Part shown: piece by piece, positions 26,001 to 40,496 of the stretch | How positions within the stretch are numbered: the stretch's first letter is position 1 | Layout of the letters: the number at the start of each line of letters is the position of its first letter | Origin: Nymphaea colorata | Taxonomy: Eukaryota | Direction: 5' to 3' | Length of the DNA: 64,000 bases | Assembly (NCBI RefSeq): GCF_008831285.2 | Contig: NC_045138.2 | Location: 16,430,001 to 16,494,000 of the forward strand | The notes under the pieces: generated by a model | Database searches by the model: none | Told to the model about the DNA's origin: nothing | Seen by the model: only the letters and a program-made list of their open reading frames with translations | Position numbers and translations under genes: made by a program

Positions 26001-27888
26001 ACTTGGAAACTAGAGGCAAGCCATATGCTACTTTGACATCTAGAATGAGTTAAATGCCTAATGCAACTATATGTGACAATGACATGCTAACTAATTCATA
26101 AGTTATCGCTCTCGATTTTCTGCTTAAATCATTGTTAATTTCTTAATCATGAAGGTACCTCGAGGTTAAGTTTTTTTATTCTTTCCATTAGTTATTAACC
26201 TTTATTTGTTTGATCAAGCATTTGCCGTTGCACACAAAAAGATAAATAATCCACCAACATGCTTAATGGTATATTACTTGATTCTGATACATCTTCAAAT
26301 CCAAGTGTTTGCTAAATTCCCAATTAGCAATAACTTTTCTCCATCCAAGACCCAATGGATCAACCAATCTTTTTCTTTTTCCTTTTAAATATACGCAAGC
26401 TACGGTTAGGTAGATGACTCGGACAGATTATCTCAAGAGATGCGAATCTGATCAAGTATTTAATTCTTGTACTCTTTAAACTTGGTTGCATAAAAATGGT
26501 CATCAAAAGTATTTAATTGCATATGAATCCTATGGATCTCTGCTTCTGATGTAAGGTCATGACTAGCCCAATACTTGTAATTTCTAGTTGACTAGCATAT
26601 ACAAAGATCCTTTACTATTTAAAAACTTTAATATGTTATGCAAAGATATGGAGAAAACAGTCCTGGAACTTCCAGACAGCAGTATGAAGACCTACCATTT
26701 TATCCTAATGACAAATGATTAACAATAGTTGAGGGCTATTGGTGCACTGGCTTGGGCCAATGGCTGGTTGGCAGCCGGTCCCTCATTCAAATGGCATGAA
26801 CACCCATGCCTTTTGTGACAATAATAGGAGAAGTAATGCACTAGTTGATGTGCTTAGACTTTACTCTAGCCACCAATGCAGTCCTGAACCATCGATGCAG
26901 AAAAAAAAAGGAAGGGATGAGGTCCGGTCTCTCACTCAAGCAATATGATTAATTCATCTTGCTCACTTTACATATGATTAAAAAACTGATGTCATATCAA
27001 AAAGCACAAGTATATTGCCCAATGGCCACCCAGGAGGCTTTTTAATGTGTTTACTTAGGGGAAACAATTTTGTACATAAAACTCCCCAAGTTATACTCTT
27101 ATATCTCCAAAGTTTTGGTTTGCTTTCGGTTATGTATGAATTTATGGTATACTGTATGACCATTCAACTCGATTGTTGTGTTGGCCACAGTTTGTAGCTT
27201 ATAAGAGTAAGACACCGGAGCATGACAGCGACTATGGATTAGAAACACTAACCTTTGATATGAACTCTCTAGCCACCCAATTGCATTATGGCTCTTTAGA
27301 TTTGTCTCCCAGTATTGCCCCATGCTTTTCTAATAACGGTATTGCAGCTGTGTAATGCATTGAGTGAAAGCCCGTAAAAAGCTTTGAGTAAAAACCAATG
27401 TCATAAGTAAATTATATTGGTGCTGTGTCGGTGGGTTTGGGTTTGTAGAACCGACACCTTGGGCACTGACCCATTAGACCATTACCGAACCGATGGTGAC
27501 CAATATCATTTTTAAACAGCATCTTTATTTACTTGGTGTCTTACTTAACTTAAATTAATGCTTAATTGTTTTTAAATGCAATATATATAGGAACAGGATG
27601 ATATGAACGGTCCATGTCAGATCTACCCTCATGGAATTTGATTCAATCGGACCTACCTATGTAATCAAATAATGACCTTTTTCTAAAGCTGGATTTGGAT
27701 CCTACTACCATAAGATCTGATGTTTTATATGTAATAGGGTTGAAGGTTAGTCAATCTTCAAATATCTGAGCTTGGATTTGAATTCGATTATAAAATTTTA
27801 TGCAATGAAAGAAGCAATCGCATTCAAATTCTCTCACCGGGTCGACTCAACCGATTGAGAATCTGATCAATAATTGTGCATACCTGAT

Positions 27889-28050
27889 CAGGGGCAGAAC
27901 TATAAATTTTTCATGAGGGGAGCCGAATTAAAGTTTCTAAGTTTCGGCCTCAGCCAAAATATCATTTTTCAATTTTTTTTATATATGACAAATGATTTTT
28001 TTTTATGTAGGTCCATGGCCCTTGTGGGTCCTACCCTGGCTCCGCTCTTG
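27889..28050. mobile_element. hAT-type MITE (CAGGGGC-end family), degenerate
   Basis: Ends CAGGGGCAGA / TCCGCTCTTG form imperfect TIRs. The 8-bp flanks TACCTGAT / TATCCAAT differ only by three transitions, consistent with a decayed TSD. Confidence 0.55.
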
Positions 28051-28276
28051 TATCCAATCAACTTGCATCCCTGAAAACAGCACCGTATTCCAATATCTAT
28101 GACATTAAACCGTCCAAAACCCTCTCTCTCTCTCTTTTTCTCTCCCTTGTATCTCTTGTTTGATTCTCATGTGTGTTACTCTTTTATTGGTGATAGAGTG
28201 TTAGGTCCAAGGGATGCCTCCTATGATTTTTTTCAGGTTAGGGTTGTTGCCAACTTGTTGGTTATACACACACTCT

Positions 28277-28338
28277 CTTGTTAGGCCCCTGTCTGGTCTA
28301 TCTCAGCTTGTTAGGCCCCTGTCTGGTCTATCTCAGCT
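28277..28338. repeat. Perfect 30-bp tandem duplication
   Basis: CTTGTTAGGCCCCTGTCTGGTCTATCTCAG x2. Confidence 0.92.
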
Positions 28339-31300
28339 CGGCCCAGTGTTCAACCCTAATATAGTTAGTTATCTCACTGAACGCTTCTTGCATCAATTTA
28401 AACTATACTTTTTTTTTGTTGGGAAAAGTAAAAAAAATAAGCTAAACATGACCCTTTTATCATGTCACCATCCTTTGATTGGCACACGAGTTTGAATACT
28501 ACCAAAGAAAAATAATACTTTATACGATTCAAATGGGCTTGCACAACTTATAAGGTGGCTGCTTCTAGGCAAGCCTCCACACCTACCACCTTTTTAAACG
28601 AGCAGTCATTTAACAACTCTAATTGATTATTTCAGGTCAGCTACGTGCAATACTAGACCAATGATTTGAGTAATATGTCTTTCCATCTTTTTCTACAAAT
28701 ATTGGATTATCATTGTCTAAATATCTAAGTGTTATGAATGTTTTACTATGTGCTAAAGACCGGTAGATGGGAACAGTTGGAAGAGGAATTGGTTCCTCTA
28801 GTTTCCATTCCACTTATTTTGTAGAAAGCATTTTTTTCTCGTTACTAGTAGGCAGTCAATCCCTGGTCGAGCGGCATGGCCGCTTTCCCCTTATAATAGT
28901 AGGAAGAAAATGAAGCACGAACCAAAGTTTCCTGTTGGTATTCACTCAAGTATCGATGCAGCTTTAGACCTTAGAAGGAAGGAGGGAGGAGGCTTTAGCT
29001 CTCACTTGAGCAGTTAAGCTGTTGTTATCATTAAAATGCATGATTGAAAAGTTCAAATGAGGTGTTTGTGACATCACGTCTGGGATGTCACGTCAAGGAC
29101 AAGGCATCATGAACACTTCAATTTTTCTATCCCACTGATTTGCTTGCGGGAGAAATCAATGTTAAAATTAGGACTTGTAACCGCTAGCCCACATTTTTCC
29201 CTAATCAATGTTTTTTTTTTTTGTTTAATAAAACTAAGTGCTCTAAACCATGTACTTTAGACTTCACCACACTAGAAATCATGCTTTAGATGACAAATCT
29301 TAAAAAAAAACTTTATAAAAAATGTAAGTACTAATCTATAAGCAAATCCGAGCATTATTCCTAAGCATAAAAAAACAGACTTGATACTTTGGAAGATGGT
29401 AGAAAGGAAAAGGGTCACTCTTTCTACAGACCGAAAAATGTAAATCTTTTACAATTAAAGAGGCAATTTACTAGGTTAAACCTAGCATGGTTAAGTTTCT
29501 CAGGTTAAGGGTGATTTTGTTTCCATCTGTTTTTAAGAAGGGTACAACTATGGTGTGCTCCTCAATTTTTATGTATTTATAAATGACCATTGTTCAATTA
29601 TAAATAGCTACCCGAAATTATAAAATAATTAAAAGCCTACGCTTCATTAATAATAAGTGTTGAAATGCTCCTGAAACAATGGTTTTAGAATCTTTAATGA
29701 AAAGGGTCATTTTCATGGAAAAATCACATCACATTCTCCAAAGTTTACTTATCAACCGTTTCACATCTCTCACACTCTTTCCACGCCTTTTTGTCTTTAC
29801 AATTACACGTAGAAGAAAAAGTGAAAACATAAAGAAACTGATCAAAACAAGTGATTGTTTAAAAGTGTTCTTTTTCATTAACATAAACAAGATCTTGCTA
29901 AACATAATATTGACTGCTTTCATTTATAAAGCTTGTGTTCGGGAATTGGTTGATAACTTAAGCAGATATTTGACATTTTTTCAAACTTTTTTGTGTAAGG
30001 AACTACCTAAAAAGAGAGAGCTAAAACTCTTATCCAACCACTTGTTCTTATAAAGCATAGGGTTTCCTTTTGGTCGTGTTTTGAGGTGTTTTCCTTACTT
30101 CAACTTAAATGTTAGTTTTTAACATAATAAGGTAAAATTCAAAATAAAAACGGACTACCTACCAACCTCTGTCCCTAATTAATTAATGGGTCATAAATTT
30201 TTATTTAACGATAGATCAAGAACCATTATGTGTAAACTTCTCAAGAAACTTCCTTGGTATTTTTATCCGTTTAAAGTTTGTCGGTCGGCAGATTGTGGCG
30301 GAGGTTTTCCATGTATTAAAAAAAAAATGTAATAATGTAACGAACAGCGACAAGGGTCCTGCAAATTGCATTTTCAAATGACGCCAAACTTCACCTAAAG
30401 CAATATGATCACCGTGGAAAATTTTTCCGTGATGTATGATCTCAGCAAGACGTTGCCCACTTCATCAAGAATATTTAACAGGCGCCGCAGTTAAGCACTC
30501 GAAACAAGAATATTTCCTTGACCCATAAAGCAACATCTTTTCTACTAACACTCATAAGTTTTCTTATCTGCTTTGATTTCATCACTCTTTAATTTATTAA
30601 TCGCCCTTTGAGCATTGATGACGACCATCGACGTGAATTAAGTTAGGCGCTCATTTATTATTCGCCCTTTTGTTGGGGACTTTCTGTAAATTTTATTTAT
30701 TTATTTATTTATTTATTCAAATGGCAGGTAAGTTTAGATAAGCCGGCCTCACCGATTGCTTTTAGTGGACTGGGAGTATCGAACACTTGACCTTTGTCAA
30801 CCTTCTAAAAACTTATCCGCTCTCCTACCAGTGAAAAGAGTTTAATCTGTAAGCTAAAGCAGGTTGTTTGTTATGGGCTTTCACCTAAGAAAAAGCACAA
30901 CCACCGTATGACATGCGGCATAGTGTGCCGTGTGTCATAAGGTGGTTCGGCCCTTCACTATCGCGCAGATAAAGAACATAAAATAATTCCAGATGAAAGT
31001 CTCATGTCCCTGTTTGAATGGCAGAGAAACGAGGGACAGTCCAACCTACCTAATCTGAAGTGCCAAACCAATCCAATCTAATGTCTTCATTGATGTACTC
31101 GGCTTACTTGATATATGTCCTACAAGTCCCTTCTAACCACCCCCTTATTCAAGCAGGGAAGTCAATGGATATCCGCTGCTTCAGAAAAATAGGATATGGA
31201 AAAAAATGGACATTTGATTGAGAAATCAGATTAGGTTCAGCTTTAAATTGAATTCCAAATTGTCAAGGAGGGTAGAACTAGTTTGGCAAAGGTTGGAATC

Positions 31301-32722
31301 GGTTCTCTTTAACCATTTCTTGTGGAGAGCATTAATTCCAAACATTTTGGGTGTTCAGCTCTCCATTGTATCAATCCCCTTAGATGGACTATACATGTTC
31401 AGAACTGTACAAATTGAACAAGGAGTAAAAGTAGACACAAAAACCCGATTTTTAACCAGGTTTAAAAAATAAGTTATAAGATCTGGTATGTGTTGTGTGC
31501 TATTCCTTTTTTTTTTGGGTAATCTAAGTTCATTAACAGTGATAGATTTATCCAAAAAGCTCCTAATTGTGTATTATAACCAAAGAGGACCGAGTCTTGC
31601 AAGTTCGACCAAAGCTCCTCACTACCGGTCTCTATGGGGTCGTCTTACAAATTTAAGGGCAGATTTATATAACAGTATGTTACAGTGTAACACTCATGAG
31701 TCTACCCCAATTTTTGGGACAGATTCTTGAAATGGTAGCAAACATTGTCAAATGGCCCCTCAGCAGAGCAAGCCAATCTGCAGCCCGATGAAACATGATC
31801 GGCATTCCCAATCTTGTTACCTGCACATGTAACAAGCGTTAGCAAGAGAGATCTTCGTGCATTTGGTGACGATTCTGAGATGAATAATCTTCCAACACTG
31901 GCCACATATGCAAACCAACTGGCCCCGAGATGGGCTGCAGCAAACCAGATCCACCATCTCCACTTCCTAACTTGGCCAAGGTAGTTTTGCAGCATTCCTC
32001 AACGGTAATGGATGAGATCGAGCCTAATCTAGACTCTCTCAGCTAGAGCTGATCATCCCACTCTTCCGAATAGGTCTCCGCACTCTAAGTGTCTGCAGGA
32101 AAGAGGAGAGTTTGGCAACTGAATGATGTCCAAGTCAAGAAGCTGCTTTACAGAAAACCTGTAACTGAATTCGAAGGCCATTAGTTACTGGGGATTCAGG
32201 TGGGAATGCAAACAAAAACCTGCCAATTAACCACAGAATGAAGGATGGAAGAGGCGATTGAAAGGTATAACAGAAGGTAGAATCCCTTTCACAAGCAGGG
32301 GGATATGGATCCTAAGCAGCAGCACAAGAATTAACTTAGCTAACAGACTACCCACAATGGAAGCAGGAAGAATTTTGTGTAGACTAGAAGAACAGGGTGG
32401 CAAAGATGATGGAGGTTGATTGCCTTCATCCATTCAAAATTTTGTGACAAACTCAGAGCTTTTTATATGATTTTTTGGTTGCTTATTGATAGGGCAGCAG
32501 GGTTTTGTATGCATGTTCCTATTTGTCTAGTTTGGATGCTCTGCATCCTGGATATCTTTCATGTTTTTTTGCACATATTATTCCCTTGCAATAAATGAAA
32601 CGGAGCCCAACTCCCAGTTGCCTTTGATTGGCAGAGTTTCCTCTTGTTACCGTGATTTAACGGGTGGCTGCTGTTATAGACAAAATAAATATTTATTCGC
32701 AGACCTTGGTTATCAAAGTTCC

Positions 32723-32723
<1 letters not shown>

Positions 32724-32818
<95 letters not shown>
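32724..32818. repeat. Compound microsatellite (CT)n(TA)n(TG)n downstream of the protease stop
   Basis: Seen directly. Confidence 0.95.
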
Positions 32819-32819
<1 letters not shown>

Positions 32820-32969
32820 ATTTCGCATTGCCACATGAGGTCAAACACAAACTTCGGCAACAGATAGGTACAAAATGGTGCATTTTTATTAATATACAGC
32901 CCAGACAAAAATGTAATTTGAATCAACCTGGAGAGGTAAATATATTTATATCACTGCTACGACAGTATC

Positions 32970-35900
32970 TCAATAAAGAATTGATTTTGTACAAGAATAC
33001 AAAAAATTGGAACCGAGAAAAGCATGCAGAAAGCCGATCAGAATGGTATAGAAGATCAGATTATCAAATGACAAACGTCGTGTGCTTCCACTAGCACTGG
33101 TTTGTCCAGAATTGTCTTGAACGAAAGCACTCTTTCCAGACGATGAAGAGACGTTCACTGCCCTGGTGCCTGAAACAGAGACACAACCCACGCGAAGTAG
33201 TCATTCAAATGGGTTTCTTTTCATTCTTCAAAAGGACAGGCCTTAGTAATCATGCAAAAACTTACAGTCGTAGTTAGTCCACCCAACTTGCTGTCCTTCT
33301 AGGTCATAAACAAATATTTTGTCCTTTAAGACAATATCTGCAAAATAAGCATCATCTTCGGTTTCTTCCACAGGTATAAGAAATCCAATACTATCTTGTA
33401 CTAAGAACAAAACGAAGCCCAATCTATTGATGTCAAACAGCAGGCCATATTGACAGTAGACTTAGTGACAAATAAAAATAGTAACAAGAAAAATTTCATC
33501 GCATCAAGAGCAGGTTAAATGTGATGTGTTGGCAGGTGGAAGCAGGAAGTGGGACAAGATGGTTGGACAGAACTGCGACAGTACCTGATCACCTAAAAAG
33601 CATCAAAAAAATAGAACGCCACAGAATCACACAAGACAGCAATGGCCAGAGACTTGAGAATTCTATATATCAATCTTTAGCGAAGGGTTCTACATATCAG
33701 TCGTTTACCACATCATTTCCACCTGTTATTAAGAAACATACAAGCATAGACCCTTATTTTGTGCTAAAAATTTTGAGAAAGTGTGACTTTGAAACTTTGT
33801 AACTTTCTGATCCCCTGGACCCCATGATTAGAAGCATACGATTATAGGTTTTTCCTTTGTGCTAAAGAAAATGAGCAAGCATGCCTTCAAACTTCAGTAA
33901 ATTTCTGATCCTCGGAAGAGGGCAACAGCTATAAAAGCTGCTTATTGGCAAGAAATAACATATTATAATTGCATGAGCAGGATTTTGGGAGCATGAAAAC
34001 CTTCAAATCAGGCACAATTCGCCTGAACAGAAGTAATGAACCTACAACTTTCTACTGGGGACACTTTGCAAAACAGTGAAGATCCCGCAACAGATCTTAC
34101 TAATCATCATATTTCCGTTAACCCTCTAGTCATGGGCTTCAAAAATCAACAGCCCATGATGTACCAATTTTTTGATGATAGCTCGCATCAACACTTAACA
34201 GTAACTCTGATAATACACATAGAGACACAGAAATACATCCTTCCAAAAAAAAAATTACTTAGGGATAAATTTCTTGAAATTTTTCCAATTAATTGCAAGA
34301 GTAAATCTAACTTGATCATTTAAATGTGGTGATCGACAGTCAAATTATCTAGGAAACGAGTAAAAAATAAGCAACCAAGGTCATGAAAATGAAAGGATAA
34401 AATTAAGGACACGATGTTGTGTCACCAAGAAAAAATAAATAAATAAGAAGTACACAACAATGAGGATAAAGTTAACACATGGTTGACTCCATGCAAAGGT
34501 CATGCTATACTCCACAAATTCGATGTGATGTGACATGAATACAGGACTCACATGCAAATGAAGCATTTGAAAGCAATAATAATGTGGTATTCACAGCTCA
34601 TGAAGATTATGATGCTGTTGCTGAAGAAGGCAATAATGCTATGGAAAATCATCCGGCAGGCATTGGCATTGCCTTTGTAAAGATCGTGTTGACACGTCAC
34701 AATGCATGCTTTTTGAAATATGGGAAAACAATAAATGAGGGCAGGCAATCAAATCTGAGGCAATATTCTTGATAATCCTCCATTTTGCAGCTCCTTAATT
34801 ATAGAAGGAAAATCTGATGAGCATTGTATAGAAAAAAATGTATAAAATGTCAATATTGTGCACTATCGATTCCAAGGTTGATGGTGGGCTTCAATGGTGA
34901 AGAACCATGATCAATGATTTTATTTTGATGATTTTTGTTTTTCAACATGGTATCAGAGTCAAAAATCTTCCTGGTCTGGTTATCTGAGCAGGAAGATTTC
35001 TGCATCTCATGCCACATATGGCAGACATGAAGACCATTAACACAGACTTTGAAGCGATGCTCAAGTCAGGATGGATTCTGCAAGGATGGAAAATAAGAAC
35101 ACGTCGTTCAAGAACATTTAGACTTCCACAAAGACCTGCTGATGACCAAGAGAGTACTGGCTTCTTCAACAAAGTGATGGCACGATCTACTTTCACAAAA
35201 CCTCTAAGGCAAACTTGGACTTTCCAAATCGCTGTCCAGTTTGAAGGAAGATGAAAGAGATAATCATGCAGTAAGCACAGCACACAAAGATCATGATGAT
35301 GTTGCTGAAGCAGGCAAACTACAGAAAATCATCCAACAGAGGATGGCATCGGCATTGCCATTTGTGAAGATTGTATCAAGTATCAATGTTACAATGCATT
35401 TTTTTGAAATATGGGATAACAATAAGTCAAGAAATCAAATCTGAGGCCATATTCTTGATGATCCTCCATGTAACAGCTTCTTGATTACAGGAGGAAAATC
35501 TGTTGAGCATTGTAGAGAAAAAAATGTATAAATATCAATAACATGCACTATTGACTCCAAGATCGATGGTGGCCTTCCATCGTGAAGAACCACAATCAGT
35601 GATTTTATTTTGATTTTTTTATTTTTCAACAGTATTCATTTGAGATAGATAGAATGCTAAATCATGAGTACAGCAATATGTGTGCATCCAATGAAAAGGC
35701 TAACAACCATATTACAGCAATAAGCATGTATCCAAATGAAAAGGCCAAGTACTGAATTCCAAGCTTCTGACAACCATACCTCCCAAGATTGTCATTGATC
35801 CTTGCATCTTCTGCCACCCAATGCACCATACTGTAGCACCACTCTGCAAAAAAATGAGTTTATTCATTTCAGTGAAATACCCATAGTGTGACAAGTTAAA

Positions 35901-38900
35901 AGAGAAGGAACTGTCTATCCCTCTTCATTGCACAATCCATTGGCGAACATAGAACTTACAACTGAGCCTTGATCAAGAAGGTAATCTTGAGGCTTTAATA
36001 CCATTGAAGCACCTTTGAAGTTTAATGAAACTGGAGGGAAGGCATCTTCAACACTGAACCAATGAAAGAAAAAAAAAAAAGTTATTTTAACAAATGAAAT
36101 CTTTTTCTCTCTCCCCTTCTGTGTGTGTGTGTAACTGTGTATATATATTTTTAGTATAGAGAAGAACCTGCCCACAACCAAGAAGCACTGGTTAGCTCCT
36201 TTTGAATTAAATGATTCAAGCTTTCCCAAAGCATATGAAGAGATCTGCAGAAATGTGTCCATCGAGTAATATTGGTTTCATGGCATGTAAATCATCAACA
36301 AATGCCAACAGCCTATAAGCAGATAAAGAAAAGTAGAATGGTTAAACTTACAGCAGTAATAAATACATCATAAGCTTGCTCTGCAATGTATGCCAGCGTT
36401 GTTCCAGAATCGATTATGGTTCCACTAGTAGATGCTGTTGCAAAAACTGATGAGTCAATGGACAGTGTTTGCCCATTAACAGAAATACTTTCTAGATACA
36501 AGTTGTAGTGAGGCCTGGAAGTTAAGATTCAGAGAGATAAGTATCGTTTATTATCAATTTTTTGAAAACAGGAAGCATTTTTTGTAATAAGCAATGAGCT
36601 GCCATGTCACTGACATGCCACCAAATGATACAAATGACTTGAAGAAAAGAAGCAAAACATTATGACCCGTCAAAAACAAGCTAAAAAAGTTACAGTAGGA
36701 AATAATATGAGTTGGCATTAGTCATTAGAATAGAGCACAGCAGAATTCAATTAGCCAGCTGGGGCCATAATTTTGAGTCAAAAGCCATTAATCAGTTTTA
36801 GGTCTGGCCAGGTAAGCAATTTTCTGGATTCAGGACTCGGATGTGGGCTTATGGCTTCACCGAGTCCATACAAATGTCATTACGAAAAGGCAAGTACACC
36901 ACATTTTGGGCCTGACACCTATGAGAAACAGGCTGAATCCTGAACCTGACCAGTGGCATCTAGTCCATTTTAGCCTAGACCTTCCCCTGGTTTGGTGTAA
37001 ACAGGGCAAACTATAACACTTGGCCTACCAAACTGCTTCTGCCCATAAGCTTCTCAAATAGAAACAAATGAAAAACTGTTTGCTTGAGTGAAACAGTATC
37101 CCAGCAATCCAACTTGAAGCTGTATTTTCTATAGTAGTAACAATCTATACACCAACCAAAAAAAACGTGAGAACACCCAAAAAATGAATTAATTATGTCC
37201 CGCAAGGAAAAGGTACTCAGCATGGTCTGTTTCACAGGTTCATAATCTATTGGGGCTTTGCGCATGGAATTTAGAATGTTTGAACGTTTGATTCTCAAGC
37301 ACCTCACTCTGGTTCCCATTCTCCAAACAAGTTTGCTACCAAAGCAGCTTCCGTCCATCATAGCTTCCTAATGTTTTCTATGATTTAATTTTCTCACAAA
37401 GAATTCATCATTTGGCCTTAGCATATAAATTTTTTACTTCATTCTGTTTTAAATACTATGAATTTTAAACTGCTTGTTGACTTGAGCCCAACTGACACCT
37501 TACTCAGAAGGCAGCTTAAAACTGTGTCATGAAATCAGACAACCAAACACCAACTACATCTACATGCATTTCAGATATATTGACAACATAATTACAGCAA
37601 ACCATTGAGATCCAAAATTCCCTCTTTTAAACCTGAAAACAGCATAAATCTGGGACCAACTTCTAAACAAATAAATAGACCTTAAACAGCAGCATTATTC
37701 ATATCAGTCAACACCAACCTGCATCAGCCTATACAATGCATATCAGCCCCTCACTGAAATGAGGAAGGGAAATAAGGTATTCAAAGGAGACAGCAGAAAT
37801 GCTGGCTCTGTCAGCCGTTAACTTGAATTGGTTCAATTCGGCCTTTTCAATAAAATAAAATAAATATTTTTTTTCAAATTTTTATTTGAAAAATCACCAA
37901 CTCATGCTAGGTTGCAGATACAGTCTAGTTCACTTTACCATTGGAAAAATGATACAGCTCTCATACCAACATTTATGACGGCGCTAAATAGAATCTGATG
38001 TAGAAACATCAGAGGAAAGAAACCAAATCATGCTCATCAAATGTTGAGAAAGAAATGACCGCTTACATTGATGGTACAAGAGGAGTATAGACTATGCTCG
38101 GATCGACAACCTTTCCAAGAACCAAAATGCCACCACCACTTTGTGAACCTCTCAGACAATGTGAGAAAGCTTTTGGTGCTAGATTTTGTGATGCCAATTG
38201 GGAAATCACAGAGAGATGATTTTGCCCAAAGCCCAGTATACCATCAACAGCCCTGTCCGACTTTGTCAAGTCACCAGAGACAGTACTGCTACATCTGTTC
38301 TCAAATAACAACCATGTGAGAAACGAAATGCCTTGCATTTTAAACGTCACAAGAAAAAGAAGACGCCATCGCATTTATTTGTGAATCTTACCCAAACGTA
38401 ATTGTTGCTGAAGAATTTGAGGTGGCATCATTTGCCACCACTGTATTAAAGGATAAAGTATCTGACACATAATATCCAGTAGTTCCACTGCCATCGCCAT
38501 ACTGAAAGGTGTAACCGCAGTTCTGAGACTCGCATCTTGCCTCTGCAGTCTCTATAGCTGAAACACACCTTGAGTCTGAACAAGATATTATGGATGAGGC
38601 TGATGACTTTTGTGGGTCATACAACCTAAGTGTAATCTGCAGTAAACATTGAGAAATAACGTCTCGTCAAGAGATATTTGAAAACCAAGACGTATATTTA
38701 GGTAAAAATACAAAAAGATAACTCTGTTTCATTCCTTCGTGACAAAGGGTACACTCGCCACTACTCTCTTTTAACTGAAATTTCCCCCTTAAAAATGGCA
38801 TAGAAAGAATAGCTTTCTGTCATTCTCCACACAAAAGAAGATCTCTTTTGTTAAATAATTTGTAATTGTAGGATAATCGATGATGGAAAGAGTTAACGGT

Positions 38901-40496
38901 AAAGACCACCATGATGTACTTCCTTTAGAGATAATAAGGAGAATGCATTTTGGTATGACTAATTAAACAATCATGTTAGTCCCCTACCGAAGTACCAATG
39001 GTCCAATAGTTTGGGTGTCCATTCATTTCATTTGTTGGCCTACATCAAGCCGTATAACAACAATATGAATATGGAACCAATTGATGGTTTGGATGCGTGA
39101 TTGTTGAAAGAAAGAAAAGCCAAAATCCAAGTTCATATTTTCGTGTTGTTTTCCTTTTTAATTATAACCAACAGAAACCACCTTGTTATTGAGATGAACA
39201 ACTCTAAATTGTTCAATGCCAACGCTTACGACAGAAAAAAGAGAAGGACAGGACCAAAAAGAACACTTACGCTGCTTAATCCGCTTGAACTGGGGCAACC
39301 GCTGCACGGATTACAAGTAACCCACAGTATATCACTTCCTGTGTCTATCTGCACGTGGTAGTCCACCGGAGGATTTCCAAGCTTCACGGTCGTATAATAA
39401 AGCCTATATGAGAATTAAGAAACCATAGAGAATATGTCTTAACTCTAAAGTGTATTTAGTTCTTTCATTAAGAAACCATAGAGAATATGTCTTCAGCATA
39501 AAGGACAGAAAAATTCTTAAAAGCCACCAAAGAGTTCAGCAACCTCAAGACGTCATGAAGGAACACAAAGTGCAAAGTAATTTTCAGAAGTGATTCATGC
39601 TTAAGTAACAAACGTAAACCAAAGGAATACAAGACGAAAAAGGAAAAATCCAAATAAAAGATCAATATGCCTTGAAGGGATTCTGTGACAACTCCTGAAC
39701 TGACTTGGCAATTTGACCAGTAGAGAAGAAAACCAGAAGAGCGCGAACTCAAGCAGACGAGGAGGCTGGAAGATATTATTCAAATATCCGAGGGAAGTCG
39801 AATTCTCCTGTATCTATTTTTCCCAGAAGAATTACGCAACCAATTATGAGATGACTGGGGAATACAAATCATCACGAACAAAGGGAAAGCAAGGCCCTTC
39901 TAAATCTCATACGCTCGTTAACAGCTGAGTGTTTTTGAAGGCAGCCGCTATTCCAGATGAATGAGAAAAAGTTGGGAAGCTACAGTGCACTCAAGATACG
40001 CAACTTCCCACCTTATCCTATTTTTCCCAGATAAGTTAGCGCGTCCAATTGCGCTCCAGGAAAAGGAAAGGGAAAAAAGAGAAAGAAAGGAACCCCAAAA
40101 GCCGAGAAAGAGGAAAGGAAATTGAGGAACCGCAAACGCAAAAGAGAGGAATTAGCAAATCCTCTAGATTCCCAATCCACATAGAAACTCTTCCCCATCC
40201 AACTACGCCAACAAGGAGAGGAAGAAAAGCAAAGTCCAAGGGAAGATGCTGCAGCACTCGTACCCGACACTGAACGGATCACCGGAGCCACCGACGGGAA
40301 AATCAACGACATTCTGCAGCATCCGACGGTGACGCGCCATGTCCCTCGCCCTGGCCGCCTCCAACTCCTCCCCTCCGCCTGCCGGAAAAGCCCGCTGCAG
40401 CGTCAGCGTCATGGGGAATGCAGAATCCGCCACGGCGAAGGGAGCCACGAACATAAAAAGGAACCCGGCGAGGAGAGAACCGCGCCCCGGCGACAT
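32970..40496 (-). CDS. A1-family aspartic proteinase (A36/A39-like, probable GPI anchor), 502 aa; exons 40264..40496, 39271..39403, 38392..38636, 38067..38294, 36352..36514, 36168..36244, 35960..36053, 35780..35843, 33266..33337, 32970..33169
   Basis: All nine introns are GT-AG with compatible phases (total 1509 nt). Signal peptide, [12 protein letters not shown], catalytic DTGSDILW (exon 2) and DSGTTLAY (exon 5), [27 protein letters not shown], and a Ser-rich spacer plus hydrophobic C-terminal tail. Confidence 0.95.
34568..35631 (+). mobile_element. Non-autonomous Copia-derived LTR retroelement (TRIM-like), 1064 bp, in protease intron 8
   Basis: Two 380-bp LTRs (34568..34947 and 35252..35631), each TG...CA. 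PBS TGGTATCAGAG (tRNA-iMet type) at 34948. Purine tract GAAGGAAGA before LTR2. 5-bp flanks GCATT/GTATT. 304-bp internal region. Confidence 0.9.

Noticed and set aside
30745..30835. tRNA/SINE-like fragment on the minus strand (GTTCGATAC B-box-like)
   Set aside because: No cloverleaf, tail or TSD; too degenerate to support.
31702..32433. Coding-like composition downstream of the protease
   Set aside because: The frames examined contain frequent stops and no recognisable motif; cannot be assigned without a homology search.
32559..33094. ORFs with SLSL/YIYI/VCVC or RERE runs (also 10285-10646 and 44791-45027)
   Set aside because: Translations of microsatellites and homopolymers.
39414..39493. 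27-bp direct repeat next to the protease exon-2 acceptor
   Set aside because: A simple local duplication; it does not duplicate the acceptor AG, so no evident splicing consequence.
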